Below, piece by piece: positions 1 to 32,188 of a stretch of 64,000 nucleotides of DNA. The notes beneath the pieces were generated by a model. It searched no databases. It saw nothing but the letters and a program-made list of their open reading frames with translations, and was not told where the DNA came from. Position 1 is the stretch's first letter, and the number at the start of each line of letters is the position of its first letter. The position numbers and the translations under genes were made by a program. This DNA is from Amoebidium appalachense (lineage: Eukaryota > Protista > Ichthyosporea), in the NCBI GenBank assembly GCA_963693365.1, contig CAVNZM010000017.1, positions 2,595,527 through 2,659,526 on the forward strand, read 5' to 3'.

Positions 1-684
1 GTTCTCAATGTACTTCATCATTTCCTCACACGTACACCCCACTCGTTGCTAACACAACCCTCAGTACTCCCTCCGCCTGGGCTCTGTTCAAGTGTCTTCT
101 GCCTGCACGCGTAAATTGTTTTGATTTTAGATTTCCCACTTTTGTGACGTTTTGTTGTTACTCCTCGTTGTCTCCTCCATATTTCCAACCCTCTAAGGCA
201 TACACCCCCCCCCCCCCCCCCCTCCCCCTCCCCCTCCTTCCCCCAACCCAATCCCCCCTGGCCTTCCCCTCCGTCCCTCTTCCTCCCCCCTTCCTCCACC
301 CCCCCCCCCCCCCCCCCCCCCCTCCCCCTCCCCCTGCACCTGTGGCTAGTGGAGGGCTGTGGGTGTCTGTCTTTGATAGAAATTTTATCAGAATCCATGC
401 ACCTACCTTCACATAAAACCAACAATGCCCATATGTGCATTACGGTTACCACTTATCATCTATAGCTCTGTATACCAAAACGTATGTGCCCGTGTGTCTT
501 TGGGTTCGCGATGCTGACGGATATGCATCCCACTCCCCGAACCACCACCACCACCACCACACAAACACACACACAAACACACACACAAACACACACACAC
601 ACGCGCGCGCGCGCGCATATAAACACACACGTACACACTTACACACACGTACGCACTTACATACTTACACACGCACACGTACAG

Positions 685-1355
685 ATCTCAGTAAGAAACT
701 GCTTTATTCGTGGGTCTGTGGTGAGGTATGTGCAGATTGCTGCTGACAAGGTCGACACAGAGCTGCTACAGGTACTCGCCCCCCCCCCCCCCCCCCCGTG
801 CCCCCCGCCCTACACGCACGCACGTACACACACAAACACACATACACAGGCACACACAACATACCGTTCTTACAACAGGTTTTACCCTTTTTTTTTGGGG
901 GGGGGGGGGGGGGGGGGGGATGGGGAAAGGGGAGGGGGGGGGGGGGGGGGGGAGCTTTCCTCCTTTCGCCTTTCCCTTTTGCTGTTGCTGTTGATGTGTG
1001 CGTGTGTGTGGGTCTTTTTGGAGAAGTACTAAAGAGGTGGGGTGTGTGTGTTGGGGGGGGGGGGGGGAGGGGGATGGCGGGGGGGTGGGGGGTGATGATG
1101 TGATTAGAGAAGGTGGGCAGGGGGAAAAGGACGGGGGGGAGGAGAGGGGAATGGGGGGGGGGGGGGGGGGGATGAGAAAAGGGTGGGCAAGTAGGGGAGA
1201 GGGGATGTTGGGTGGGGTTGGGTGGGTGGGGAGGGGGGGGGGGGGGTAGTATATCAAATATGATGATGTGACGGTGTTACGAGTGGGCATCTGATGAATG
1301 TGGCATGCAGGACTCGGCGAGAAGAGAGGCACAACAACAAAAAGCAGGCGCATGA
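685..1355 (+). CDS. LSM2: U6 snRNA-associated Sm-like protein LSm2, last two exons (5' exons lie upstream of the window)
   Basis: Exon 685-771 (acag|...|gtac) encodes ISVRNCFIRGSVVRYVQIAADKVDTELLQ. Exon 1311-1355 (gcag|) encodes DSARREAQQQKAGA*. Together they match the remembered LSm2 C-terminus SVKNCFIRGSVVRYVQLPADEVDTQLLQDAARKEA, and the phases are consistent. Confidence 0.95.
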
Positions 1356-2066
1356 TTGGATGTTCATTAATTATTGGGACAAGGAATTTGCTGTCGTGCA
1401 GTTTTACATGCAGGAAATTTCTTCTAGAATCATGATGATGGGCTCCATTTTTTTTTTTTTTTTGGGTTGTGCAGGAGTTTTACTATCACTTTTATGCGGG
1501 TGGTAGTCGTACTGAACTTGTGTAGCTTTGCAATTGCACCTGTTAGGCCCGGACAAATCGTGCCACGTTGGGTTGTTACCAGAGATGCCACAACACAGAC
1601 ATAAACACAACCACGCGTGCACACACGTTTAGACACGTACACACACACAGACAGACAACGGCACACAGTCACACGTACACTCAGTGGATACTTGCAACAT
1701 GAAGAGTTCTGTGGGGTTGGGTAGTTATACCTTGCTAGGTTTTTTCCTTTTTGAGGGGTAACGCGACGTCACTGGTCATGGTAAATTCTTAAGAAATACC
1801 GGAATTGAACAAGAGTAAAAAAGAAATGAGAACTATTATCAGATGTGGGAATCGTTATAATCCACTGTTGGTGTGTTAAGATCACTTGATTTGATATTAT
1901 GATAATCATGGTCTCCGCCGGGGTTGTGCTGATCAGGGTGTACATATGCAAATGTCATACAAAATGCCGTGGTGGTAATTGGCTTTAGTGTGTGTGTGGT
2001 TGTTCGGAAAGCAAGGGCAATGGTAGCTACTATAGGGGTGGGGTGGATGGGGAGGGGGGGTGGGGT

Positions 2067-2105
<39 letters not shown>

Positions 2106-2526
2106 ATGGTAGCTACCATAGGGGTGGGGTGGATGGGGGGGGGGGGGGGGGGAGAAGGGGGGGGGGAGGGACAGGGGCAAGGGGGGGGGGGGGGGGGGGG
2201 GGGGGGGGGAAGAGTCGGTGTGGTGGAGTGTGTGCGTGCGTGCGTGCGTGCGTGAACGTGCGCGTGCGTGCGTGATTGTGGTGGCGATGCAGTGCTGGCG
2301 GTGGTGGTGGTGATGGTATTTTTTTATTTTTTTGGGGGGGGGGGGGGGGGGGGGGGGGGGGAGGGGGGAGGGAGGGCGGGGGGAGGGGCGTGGCTGTTAA
2401 CTCATGTCTTGTTCAAATATATCTCGCCTTAGATCTCTCTCCCTCCCCGGTCCTCCCTCCCTTCCTCTGCCCTCTCTGAGATGCACACATCAGACACCCC
2501 CACACCCACCCACATACATACACAGA

Positions 2527-2567
<41 letters not shown>

Positions 2568-2808
2568 CCAACTCTGTCTGAGAGCGTCGGTTATTTGGGC
2601 TCCGCTCCTTCAAGTGGAAGGTAGTCTATAATGGTGCGTGGGTTGATGGTATGCTGTCTGAATGGTTTTGCGGTGGTTCTGCTAGGGTACGGCCGTGGTT
2701 AATTGTGGGAGGGTGATGGTGGTGGTGGCAGTGGTGGTTGTCACCAGGTAAGTCGGTGGGTGGGTGGGTGGGTGGGTGGGGTGGGGTGGGGTGGGTGGGT
2801 GGGTGGGT

Positions 2809-2844
<36 letters not shown>

Positions 2845-3857
2845 CCATAGAGGATGAAATACTTTGCTGGACCGTTGGGAGCCAATGCCATCCAGACGGA
2901 GGCTTACGAATGGGCTTTATTCATTTCAAATGGCTATAAAAAAAAACAGGGAAATAAAAACAAAAGGTTGTTATTTTTTTTGGCTTTTATCAGAGGTGTT
3001 TCTACAAACATCAATGACAACACACACTTTATGTGTGGTTGGCAAGGCCTAAGAGCATCTATCTGCATGCGTAGGTTGATCTACGATGTGCCGAGTCTGC
3101 ACGATAAACGATTCATTATCCCTTTAGAAAAATACAGTTAGCCTAATGAGGCTAGGGTACTTATAACACTGGGGGTATGAGATATCCTCCACCACTCTCA
3201 GTTGTCTTTTGTACATGAACATCTCTTGATGCTGCAGAGGTGTGTGCACGGGTGTGTGTGTGTCTGTGTGTGTGGGAGAGAGCGCGTGCATTGTGACAAG
3301 TGCATGTGCATGTCTGTGGGTGTTTGCACACGCACAGCTTCACACATGCCCATGTAAATTCGAGTGCCAGCATACGGTCACCGCTTTGTAGCTACATTTT
3401 AACAGTTTTTGAGAGGATCTAAATCCTCTCATTGGTGCAGACATGGGCAGTAATCATAGGGAAGGGAAACAATGCAGGAGAGATGAAACGAGTGCAGACA
3501 GGAGCACAAACACTCGGATATCACAGCATATTCGACACACAAACACAAAAGATACGAAAGAAACAAGCTTTATGAACCCAAGAAAATGGAAACAGACTTG
3601 CAATGATCAATTATCCTTATTGGTAAGTTCAATATTAAAAAGAGTAATATCGAAGTTTTTATCGTTGGTGCTACCAGTAGAGCCCTGTCCCTCCCTTTCC
3701 TTTTTCAACTGAGCCTCTGCTCTGTCTCTCCAAGTAATCCCTTTGCCTCCCTTGAAAAGGGGGAAAAAAAAAAGAGAAAAAAAAAAACCACCTAGAGATA
3801 ATTTTAATAACTAAAGCATTAAAGCATAAACCACTTATTTTAAAATAAAACTAAATC

Positions 3858-14767
<10,910 letters not shown>

Positions 14768-15376
14768 TATGACAAAACAACCCGTAACTTCCAAGGCAAT
14801 TAAAAGATGGGTGGTTGTTCAAACACGAAACTCCCGAGTAACTGACTGACTGAGCCACGCTGAACTCGGAGGAAAGCATGGCTGTAAACCTAGCAGTTAG
14901 TAGATTTGCAACAAAATAAATATATATCTAAAATATTTTTTAAGGCCATTTTGATCGTCTTGGTATTTTTCCTTTTTTGTGTCAGGTTATCTTGTTATCT
15001 GTCGTAACTTACGCTTGATGTTTTTTTGGTCAAGTGGTGCGATTCTGTCCAATACAAATAGCGCAATGCAATGCTTTGACCTTGGCGGTCTTTAAAACTG
15101 ACTGTATTAAAGAAACCCCTCACACAAATCTACCATAAAAGGGCAATCGAATATTCACGACTATTCGCAAATGTAAATTTCTGCAGAAGCGCCCCCCCAG
15201 TTTGATGCGCCCCATCTCCCTTTTCCGGACCGCCTCGCTGGGCGCGCGTGCGCCGCTCATTTCTTCGCTGCTTTTGTAGACACGGGCGGAGAGAGAGGGA
15301 GAGAGAGAGGGAAACCTTTGTTTTCTCTGCGTGTGTCTCCCTTTTTTGTACGTGTTTTCGTACCGCGGCAGCTAGT
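14768..15376. promoter_or_regulatory. Probable bidirectional promoter between the Sel1-repeat gene and NDUFS8
   Basis: The divergent start codons are 609 bp apart, and the region is largely free of the homopolymers that fill introns. The function is inferred from gene layout only. Confidence 0.55.
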
Positions 15377-21764
<6,388 letters not shown>

Positions 21765-22282
21765 ATGCATTTTCCGTGCTAGTGCCTTGGAAGAGTCCGT
21801 TTTCCGTTTGCGTAAAACCCGGAATTTGTGTTGTGTCTGGTTTTGAGCTTCTGTCGCCCGCTCAGCTCTCCCCCACTTCCCTCCATTCTCCTCCCCCTTG
21901 ACACCCCCTTTCTTTATTTTTGCATGCACTTAACATCACCTTACTCACACATGCACATAAATAGGATTGATGGAAGATAAAAGAATGTTCCCTGGTTTTT
22001 CATCGAATCCGCATGTCCCACACAACGTGCATGTAAGAGTGTAATGGTATGTGCCCGATATATCCTAGCAATATGTGCACGCCTAGGCAAGGACCAGACA
22101 TTTTTCCCGGTTTTCTTTGTTGAAGGAGGTTGAGATATAGCCTATTTTAGGTATTTCTAGCGGGAAACAATGTGACCATATATGGTTGTGTCAGCTGCAA
22201 GGTGATTGGAGACGTATTTTTGCACACTGGTGTGCGTTGATAAAGCCGCTTTGTGGGCCAATAATCGGCGTCTAAGTGACCC

Positions 22283-22313
<31 letters not shown>

Positions 22314-22400
22314 AAAAAAAAAAAAAAAGAAAGCCACCACCACGGCCACCCACCACACACACACACACACCCACCCCTACACCGACACAGTCACATACAC

Positions 22401-22442
<42 letters not shown>

Positions 22443-22523
22443 CCCCCTCCCCGGGTGCCCTGCCCTTCAAATTCTGCATGTCGACCTAGCAATTGGTGAT
22501 TGTGTTAACCCCCCCCCCCCCCC

Positions 22524-22576
<53 letters not shown>

Positions 22577-22619
22577 TTGGGTAGTCTCCCCCTCCCTCCC
22601 CCTCACCACCAACTAATAG

Positions 22620-23430
22620 CAGACATCCCCCCACACACACACGTGACACAGAAGCAGTGACTTGTGATTTTGGTCGGCCCATAATACTAGTGTGCAGATA
22701 TGCAAGCAAATCCTCTAACCCACACATCGCATGCACACACTCGCACTTCGCTTTTACTTTCACATCGAACACCTGCAACGCAGTGCACCCATTCACCCAC
22801 TATTCCGCCACCACTTCTCACTCCCCAGCCCCCCTGACCTCCACCTTTTCCCCAATCCCTCCAAAATCTCTCTGCTTCTTGCCTTTAAGACTTACTGCAC
22901 TACACTCCCACCCCATCCCAACCTTCACGACACTCCCCTCCTACACACACGCATGGACCGTTTCCTACACGCACAACACAAAACACGCACCTCCACCACA
23001 TTTAACGCAAGCACCCGCATACACAAACCATATATAATTAGTGCAATATGTTTGCTCCACAGGCCGTGAAAAACGGTCTCTAGCTGATAGTATCGTGGGT
23101 TTCCCTAGTGGTGTACTAGCACAGTGGTCTCTTCAATGGCGTGGTAATCGTTCCTGATGTTTCCTAGACGGTGGTGCCCTAGTGGGTCACACCCTTGGTG
23201 CCGTAGCTGTGTGGGCCGGTGTATTGTGTTCCCCTTTGTTCCGTTAGCCACCCAGGCCTCCTTTTCTTCCACACTCCTCACCCACCTATCCACTTTTCGT
23301 CACCCTGCGTACAACACTTTACCATCATTGACTTCCTTCTTAACACGGGTGATTTCCTCACTGCCCAACTTTGTTTCTAATACCTGCGCGCTCACGTCAC
23401 ATACATCATACAACCACCCTCCCAACCTGG
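22620..23430 (-). mobile_element. Possible decayed non-LTR retrotransposon 3' fragment
   Basis: The minus strand gives stop- and frameshift-interrupted coding-like text, including RCVFCVVR(fs)ETVHACVGGEC. This resembles the C-terminal CxxC..ETxxH..C zinc knuckle of LINE ORF2. No RT motif is visible. Confidence 0.3.
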
Positions 23431-23487
23431 TTAATTAGCTCCTTTTCTTTCTTTCTCTCTTCCTTTTTTTTTTTTTTTTTTTTTTTT

Positions 23488-23647
23488 TTTTGAAGTTGTC
23501 TTAGATACTGTGTCTGTAAGATGTGTGGCTTTAGCGGCCGTGGCCGTGTAGTAGATTACCCTTATTAGTTTTCTTTTTGAAGTTGTCTTAGATACTGTGT
23601 CTGTAAGATGTGTGGCTTCAGCGGCCGTGGCCGTGTAGTAGATTACC
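23488..23647. repeat. Direct tandem duplication (~73-bp unit, 87-bp period)
   Basis: ttttgaagttgtcttagatactgtgtctgtaagatgtgtggctt(t/c)agcggccgtggccgtgtagtagattacc occurs twice. Confidence 0.9.
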
Positions 23648-24584
23648 ATTAATAAGGGGTGGCTCTCGTCTGTATTATAAAAAAAATAAAAATAAAAAAA
23701 AATAATAATAATAAATAAAAAAAACGGGGAACCCCAACTAATTGATTTCTCCTTGTAGTCTTTATGGTGTCTCGTAGAGAAAGTAAACCCTGATATATAG
23801 TCATCACCCGACATCTATGTACGTGATCATGATATATCGCTGAGGGGATATTCCGAGCAAAACCCCCCCCATACCTGAGACTGGTTTCTCTTTGCCTCGA
23901 GTAAACAGCGTAAACCCCCATTATGATGTACATATATCATGCATACGGGGCACATGTTGTGTTTCCGGATTGACCGGAGGGAGCGGCCAATAAAGTGCAA
24001 TGATCCCCTATATATATGCCAGATCATTTATATCCGCGGCCCTCGAGCAACTCTAATAGTAATGATCTTCTAGGTTTGTTTTTCTTGATATCAAACTCGA
24101 CCGAGGTCACTGAAATTGCCGGAAGTGTTTGCCACTCACAGCGCTCCGGATATCATGAGCCTAGCATAGGCCTGCCCATGCTTTTAATACATACTTACAC
24201 AATGTCAGGGCCTCCCTCCCGGCCGCGGCCGCGGGCCAGCTTCCCCACCGGCAAGGATAGCGCTGGGGCGTAAATCCGGGGCTAAGCGTGTACAAAGTTT
24301 AATAGTTAGGATTGGTAACCGGTCGCCTGTATTAGCTTACATAGCTGATTGCACCCTAAGTGAGGTACCGGTATAGTCAGTGCTGTGTGGAAGCTTTATA
24401 ATTAGACGGCCCACAACGAAACAAAACGGAACATGTAAGATAACCCCCCCCCCCCCCCCTCCCCCCCCTCCCCCCCTCCCCCCCCCCCCCCCCTCCACAA
24501 ACACACACATGTGCACACACACACACACATACACACAAAAAAAAAAAAAAAAAAAAAAAGAAAGAAAGAAAGAAAGAAAGCCTT

Positions 24585-24615
<31 letters not shown>

Positions 24616-24633
24616 CCCAGGCGGGCGGGCGGG

Positions 24634-24672
<39 letters not shown>

Positions 24673-25409
24673 TCCCTAAGGGAGGGGAGGTATTCCTGCA
24701 TTTGCTTCTATCATCCACGCGTATGAAATGATGTATTTTGAAACTTGAAAAAATAGCGGCATGCATCACACACAACGAGAAAAAAGTGAATGACCACCCG
24801 CACTATTAGTATGTATACAATGTCATCACCACATAATTATAAGAGTGTTGCAAGCAAGAGAAAATTGCTGGAAAGGCGATATTATAATTAGTAATAGGCT
24901 CATTGTTACTGTGTAAGATAAACTCTATGTTCTCGTTAATACAGTGCTACAGTAATGGCAAAGCAAGGCATACACATGTATACGTACAGCATAACACCTT
25001 CCGGGGGGCTAGGTAAAACTGGTGCTACTAGCAGACGGAAAAGAAAGACTCCAAAATATATCACCATGGCCAGAGCTGTACAACTACAGCAAACAACATG
25101 GACATCAACTAGCTAGTCGCCCGGATAAAAGGCTTGGAAGAAGGAGCTAAGCCAAGCAGGTACTGTCCCATCAAACTTTACAGCAAGCAGCAAAGAACAG
25201 TCCCGGCTTAGAGCGAGGTACACATCGGCACTTCTTCAATCCTTGAGACATTTGCGTTTGAATGATAATGATAACTTGTGAATACATCCGATACTAAGTT
25301 ACTGTAAGTATTGATTATATAGTCAAGAAAAAGTACTAGTAGTAAGGTACTAATTAATAAAATATACATATTACTAATACTAACTAAATGATTACTCACA
25401 ATGCAGTTG

Positions 25410-27192
25410 TCAGCAGTCAACCGAGCCCTCTACGCTTGTATACGACAATTGAAACGGCATCCCTTGGGTCGACGGCTCAACGGCAACCACCGCCAACTGA
25501 TATGCCCCCGTCACATAGCACCCACTCAAAACTACCGCTTGCATGTCTCCCTTTCCATACACAACCTGTAGCGTCATATACTGAGTCTTAAAACGGTTGG
25601 TTCCGGGTTTTAGTTTGGGTAAATTCTGAGCCAAGGTCATGATGGTGTTTGTAGGCCCCGTGTAGTACGCGACAAGGAGCTTCCTATACCCATAAGGGAT
25701 GTTAATGTTCACATTCCCCCTTGGACTTCCAACAAATCCGTTGGAAGTGATACACGTCACTGAACCGCACGTCGATGTTATTGTTGCGATGGCTTGTGTT
25801 TGTGTCGAATCCCCACTGGCCGTGCCCGTGGGTGTAGGGAGACTGGATAAAGGTGTTCCAGTACTAGTTGCACTCGTTTCTCTCCCGTCTTGCCCTTTGC
25901 TAAATGCCCCCGGCCCGGGGTAGACAATAACATCGGGAAGGCCGACGGCGGCGGCGCCAACCACAACACCTCTGGAGGCCGCGTTAAGAATCTTGCTCAT
26001 TACGCGTTCGGGCGATGGCCATGTGCTTTGCGATGCGATAAAAACGGCAGCCGCACCGGCAACTAGTGGGGAAGAGAGACTTGTACCTGTTGCATATATG
26101 CTCGCTTCCCCCTTGTAGCCGACCGAGTGAATATCCGTTCCGGGAGCAACGATGGTGACGCATGGCCCATGGGCAGTAAACCAAGTTGGGCCGTCGGTCT
26201 TGTTTGTTGACCCGACAGTGATGACCCGAGGAACACGCCCAGGTGAGTGATCACATGCGTTATCGGCGCTGTTGCCTGCTGCAGCGACCACCACCAACCC
26301 CATGTTAATTAACCAATTCACGGCCTCATCTACAGTTTGAGACACACCGCCATCAAGCGACATGTTCACTACGCCCCTTTTTCCTGGTTTGCTCAGCCTT
26401 GCTACTGCCTCGATTCCGGCAATGATTGTTGATGTTGTTGCCCCGCCTGTTGCATCAATCACCTTAACAGAGTTGAGGATGACTTTTTTCGCTACCCCGT
26501 AACGTGTGCCGCCAATCACACCAGCAACAGCCGTGCCATGCCCGTTATCATCATTTGCACTTCCTCCGAACGCAGAAAAATGCGTCCACCACACGCCCAG
26601 CGAAATCTGGGTTAGTAAGATCGATACCGGAGTCGAGCACCCACACATCTACGCCGTTGCCCGTGTTTTCCATTTCCATGTTTCCATCGAGCGGGAGATC
26701 ACGCTGGTTGATGCGGTCAAGAGCCCAAGAATAATTAGGCACCGTTTGCGGGTCGACTGCGCGAGAAAACTGAGGGGGGGACCTGTCCAATTTTTGGACC
26801 TGTTCGATGAATTTGACGTCTGGGTGGTTTAGAAGAACAGAAAGAGCCGATGAGTCCAGCCGAACATGAAGCATGGAAGCAAAGTCCAAACCGCGTAGGA
26901 TGGTCGCGTTTATGCTTGTGTTGCTTGTGTTTGTGTTTGTAAGGAGTGAGTTTAGACGCTGATACTCAGGGGACCACGAGCAATCATTCGTGCTTGCACT
27001 GTTCACATCTTGAGTTAACCCATCCAAGCACTTGGCACCTTTTGCCACCACTATGTATTCATCTCCTAGAACTTTGCTGGTTGTTGTTGTGCTTAAAGGC
27101 GATTCCCCATTGGAAGCGGGAGCATCGTAGGAACCGTAGCAAATGGTTATTAGTGCCGCTAAAAACGGAAAGGTGGCTCTAGTTGGTGACAT
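25410..27192 (-). CDS. Intronless secreted subtilisin (S8A, proteinase K/aqualysin-like) with prodomain, Thr-rich linker and C-terminal beta domain; one frameshift near 26576-26580
   Basis: Signal-peptide-like MSPTRATFPFLAALITICYG and I9-like prodomain (EYIVV..LLNHPDVKFIEQ) precede WALDRINQRDLPLD. The catalytic motifs are VLDSGID, NGHGTAVAG, AAGNS and GTSLSSPLVAG. ORFs 26551-27231 and 25410-26648 join into about 593 aa if one T is removed from a T5 run (GAC GCA TTT TCT GCG). Confidence 0.9.
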
Positions 27193-27568
27193 GTTAACGT
27201 GAACTCTAGGGTCGTGCCTGTGCTGCTTCACACTAATTACACTTAAAGAATATGTTGATGCTGCACGTGTTTGTGCGGAATGTTGCCGTACTAGCTTGAG
27301 GTAAAAAAAAATAGGCGCACTGAAACCGAGGTTACTACGCAGCTACGCATGAGCTACTGTTCGTTATATATTAGCATATAACTCATTCATTGTAAAACAA
27401 CCGGTCCCAGCCTGGCCCAGCAGTCAATGGTGAAATATACGAAACGTTTGAATTCTTAACAAGTACTTTGACGTCTTACGTCTCACGCTCTGCTGAGAGT
27501 TATACAATTAGATTTTGCGTGTATTGCGTGGACATTGCCCGGGGGCCCAGCCACACTCGACGGACACA

Positions 27569-29246
<1,678 letters not shown>

Positions 29247-29307
29247 GTATGTGTACGGCCTACTGCGTTTTCCAGCGCAGCCAATCAAATGCAGCCAAAA
29301 CACCAGC

Positions 29308-29354
29308 CATGGCCATCTAGAAACACCAGGACCTGGTGTTTCTAGATGGCCGTG
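29308..29354. repeat. Palindrome (perfect 20-bp arms, 1-nt loop) with CATGGCC...GGCCGTG ends
   Basis: ggccatctagaaacaccagg-a-cctggtgtttctagatggcc at 29311-29351. Confidence 0.9.
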
Positions 29355-30064
29355 ATGCTACCACCTACTGAGGCGGTGTCTCCCTTTTCTTTTCTTTTTT
29401 TTTTTGTTTTTTTTTTGCAAAAAGGGACGCCTCAAGTAGATGTATAACGTCGCACGTGCGGCAACACGTCAGTATACGTGTTAGGCCGTGATGCTAGGCA
29501 ACAATTAGCGCCATCATAGTATACGACACCCCTATTACAATACATATTACCCTACATATTATGGGCAAGCAGAGGCTAGCATCGGTAGCTCCGAAAGAAA
29601 GTCAAGGCACCGTATCACAATATCATACTGTGCAGCATTAATAAGGTGATCTAGGATAGTCATTTTAAAACGGATATATTGAGGAAGAGAGGGAGAAAAG
29701 AGAATAAGACCGCCAATAACCTCCGGTTCTATTACGTTAGCTAACAGGTTACACTTATTGATAGATATGCATCCGCGATCGCGAGTAAACCGCCCCCCAC
29801 ACATATTACCCATACGACATACGAGCAGGAGACACGTGCACCAGAAACCGATTACACCGCCAAGCCATAATCATCTTTGCGTTTTTACACCACACCACAT
29901 AACGAATAAACGAATCTATGTAGGAGCGAGACTCACTAACCGTATCCGCCATATAGGCTACTAGTAGCTGGTGTTTTTGCGGTCCTAACACAGGAAGGGA
30001 CTCAACACGTAGAGTAAAAGCTACAGCATGCGGCAGAACACTGTTGAACCGTTGGGGCCGCCCT

Positions 30065-30382
30065 TAGGGATGTGGCAGAGCCTCAATGACTTGACTTGAC
30101 TTATAATTATAATTGTTTGCTGGGTTTGATAACTTGACTTGACTGGAAGTCGCGACTTGGAGTGGTCCTATTTTTAGTAACTACTCCGGGCGGCTGGGCC
30201 ACGGGCGGGCATTGCGCCCCCCCTTCCCACCCAAACTCCCATGCTTCGCCGTCCCAAGCCCCCCTCCCCCCATCAAGTCACTCCTATGTGCGGCCTCACG
30301 GCCTGACTTGACTTAGTTGAAGTCAGTGTGCTTGGTGACTTCAAGTCGTGACTTGACTTGAAGTCAAGTCGCCACACCCCTG
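30065..30382. mobile_element. hAT-like MITE (~318 bp) with GACTT subterminal repeats
   Basis: The termini TAGGGATGTGGC and GCCACACCCCTG are imperfect inverted repeats. The flanking 8-mers gccgccct and gccgcctc match at 6 of 8 positions. Many GACTTGACTT motifs lie near both ends. Confidence 0.7.
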
Positions 30383-31060
30383 GCCGCCTCTCAAGGCGTC
30401 CGAGCGGGCCGTGTGGGCCGGCAGAGGTGGTCAATCAGATCAGGGTTTGCAAAGCTGCGTTGAACATACGGGGAATGTCGACGCCTCATTCTACCCCGGA
30501 CCGTCACCCAGCCAAATAGACTGATAGAGTTCTTGGATTTCCGAGAATTGTAAGTACGATTATTTGCGGGGCTTTATTAACCCTGGCTTGGTGCCTTTCC
30601 TGCCAATCATAATCTCTCCCGGCACAAATGCTATGGACCAATCAGTAGGAGGGCACTAGTCTGTCACTGATGACGTGATGTTCTATCAACTACTGTTGAG
30701 TCTATGTTCATCTTTTTCACTTTCAGGGTTCACATTTTAGGCTAAAAAGTGTTTTATCATGATTCAGAAACGTTCCAGTTGGTGGTGGAAAGTTCGGGCG
30801 GCCAATCCAACGTTGTTTCATGATGATCACTGGTGACATCCGGACAGGGTTATAAGAATGGACTCGTGTACCATATAATGTCAATACAGACTCAATACAA
30901 GTTATTGGGATAAAACATTAAGAAAAAACGCGGCTCATGGCTGGGCCAATCAAGGCGAAGCGATTGCTTTTTTGTTTGACTGACGTCATCGAGGTGCGAG
31001 CAAACTGTTTGATTGGCCAACGTGTTCTCAACAGTGCGACGTCAGACGGGCACGTGTGCC

Positions 31061-31261
31061 CCCCCAATGCGAGAGCGAACCGAGCCTACATGTAAAAAAA
31101 AGAAAAAAAATAGAAAAACTGCCCTCCAAATGCGAGCGAAGCGAGCCTACATGTAAAAGAAATTAGCAAACTTACCCCCCAAATGCGAGCGAAGCGAGCC
31201 TAAACGTAAAAAAAATAGTCAGGATATCGATAAGACCCCTCAAATGCGACCGAAGCGAGCC
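31061..31261. repeat. Four-copy ~55-65-bp tandem repeat with AATGCGAGCGAAGCGAGCC core
   Basis: The core occurs near 31066, 31129, 31182 and 31243, and the linkers between cores are related to each other. Confidence 0.85.
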
Positions 31262-31674
31262 AGCCGCATAACACTGGTGGCGGACCAGGCCACTGGTGAT
31301 GGGACTGCGGTTCGCGGCCCTGATCCTTCAAGGGCCCCGGAATGCAAGGGCCGTCGTACATGTATAAAATAGCGAACGGCCTAGCGGGCCCCCCGGGCCG
31401 GGTCGGCTGCACGTGGCCCGATTGACCTACATAGTGGGTAGCTTGCTAGTGATTGATTATGCCTCAGTAACCTTTGTCTCCTTTGTACTGTTCAGTCAGT
31501 CTGGCCGGATATGCCAGGTCCATGATGTGTGGTGCGTCCTGTACACGTGCAATATTAGTAATATTATGGATGTTACCTGCAGTATCATCAGTTGATTGTT
31601 ATAAAAAGGCACCACAACAGTCGCGAATGTCTGCTAAGATAGATAGGTGTGTGCGTGCGTGCGTGCGTGCGTGC

Positions 31675-31833
<159 letters not shown>

Positions 31834-31894
31834 ATACGTATGTAGCGAGAAAGGGGAATGTGGCATGCATATGCATGGTTCAAAAGCGACCCTC

Positions 31895-32004
<110 letters not shown>

Positions 32005-32028
32005 CCCCCCTCTCTCTTCTCCTCTCTC

Positions 32029-32114
<86 letters not shown>

Positions 32115-32188
32115 CCCCCCCCCCCCCCCTCTCTCTCCCCTTCCTCCTTCCCTCTCCCTCTCTCTTTTCTTCCTTTTCTTTGTTTGTT

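Noticed and set aside
31061-31261. CRISPR-like repeat/spacer periodicity
   Set aside because: The linkers are homologous to each other, there are only four units, no cas genes are present and the context is eukaryotic.
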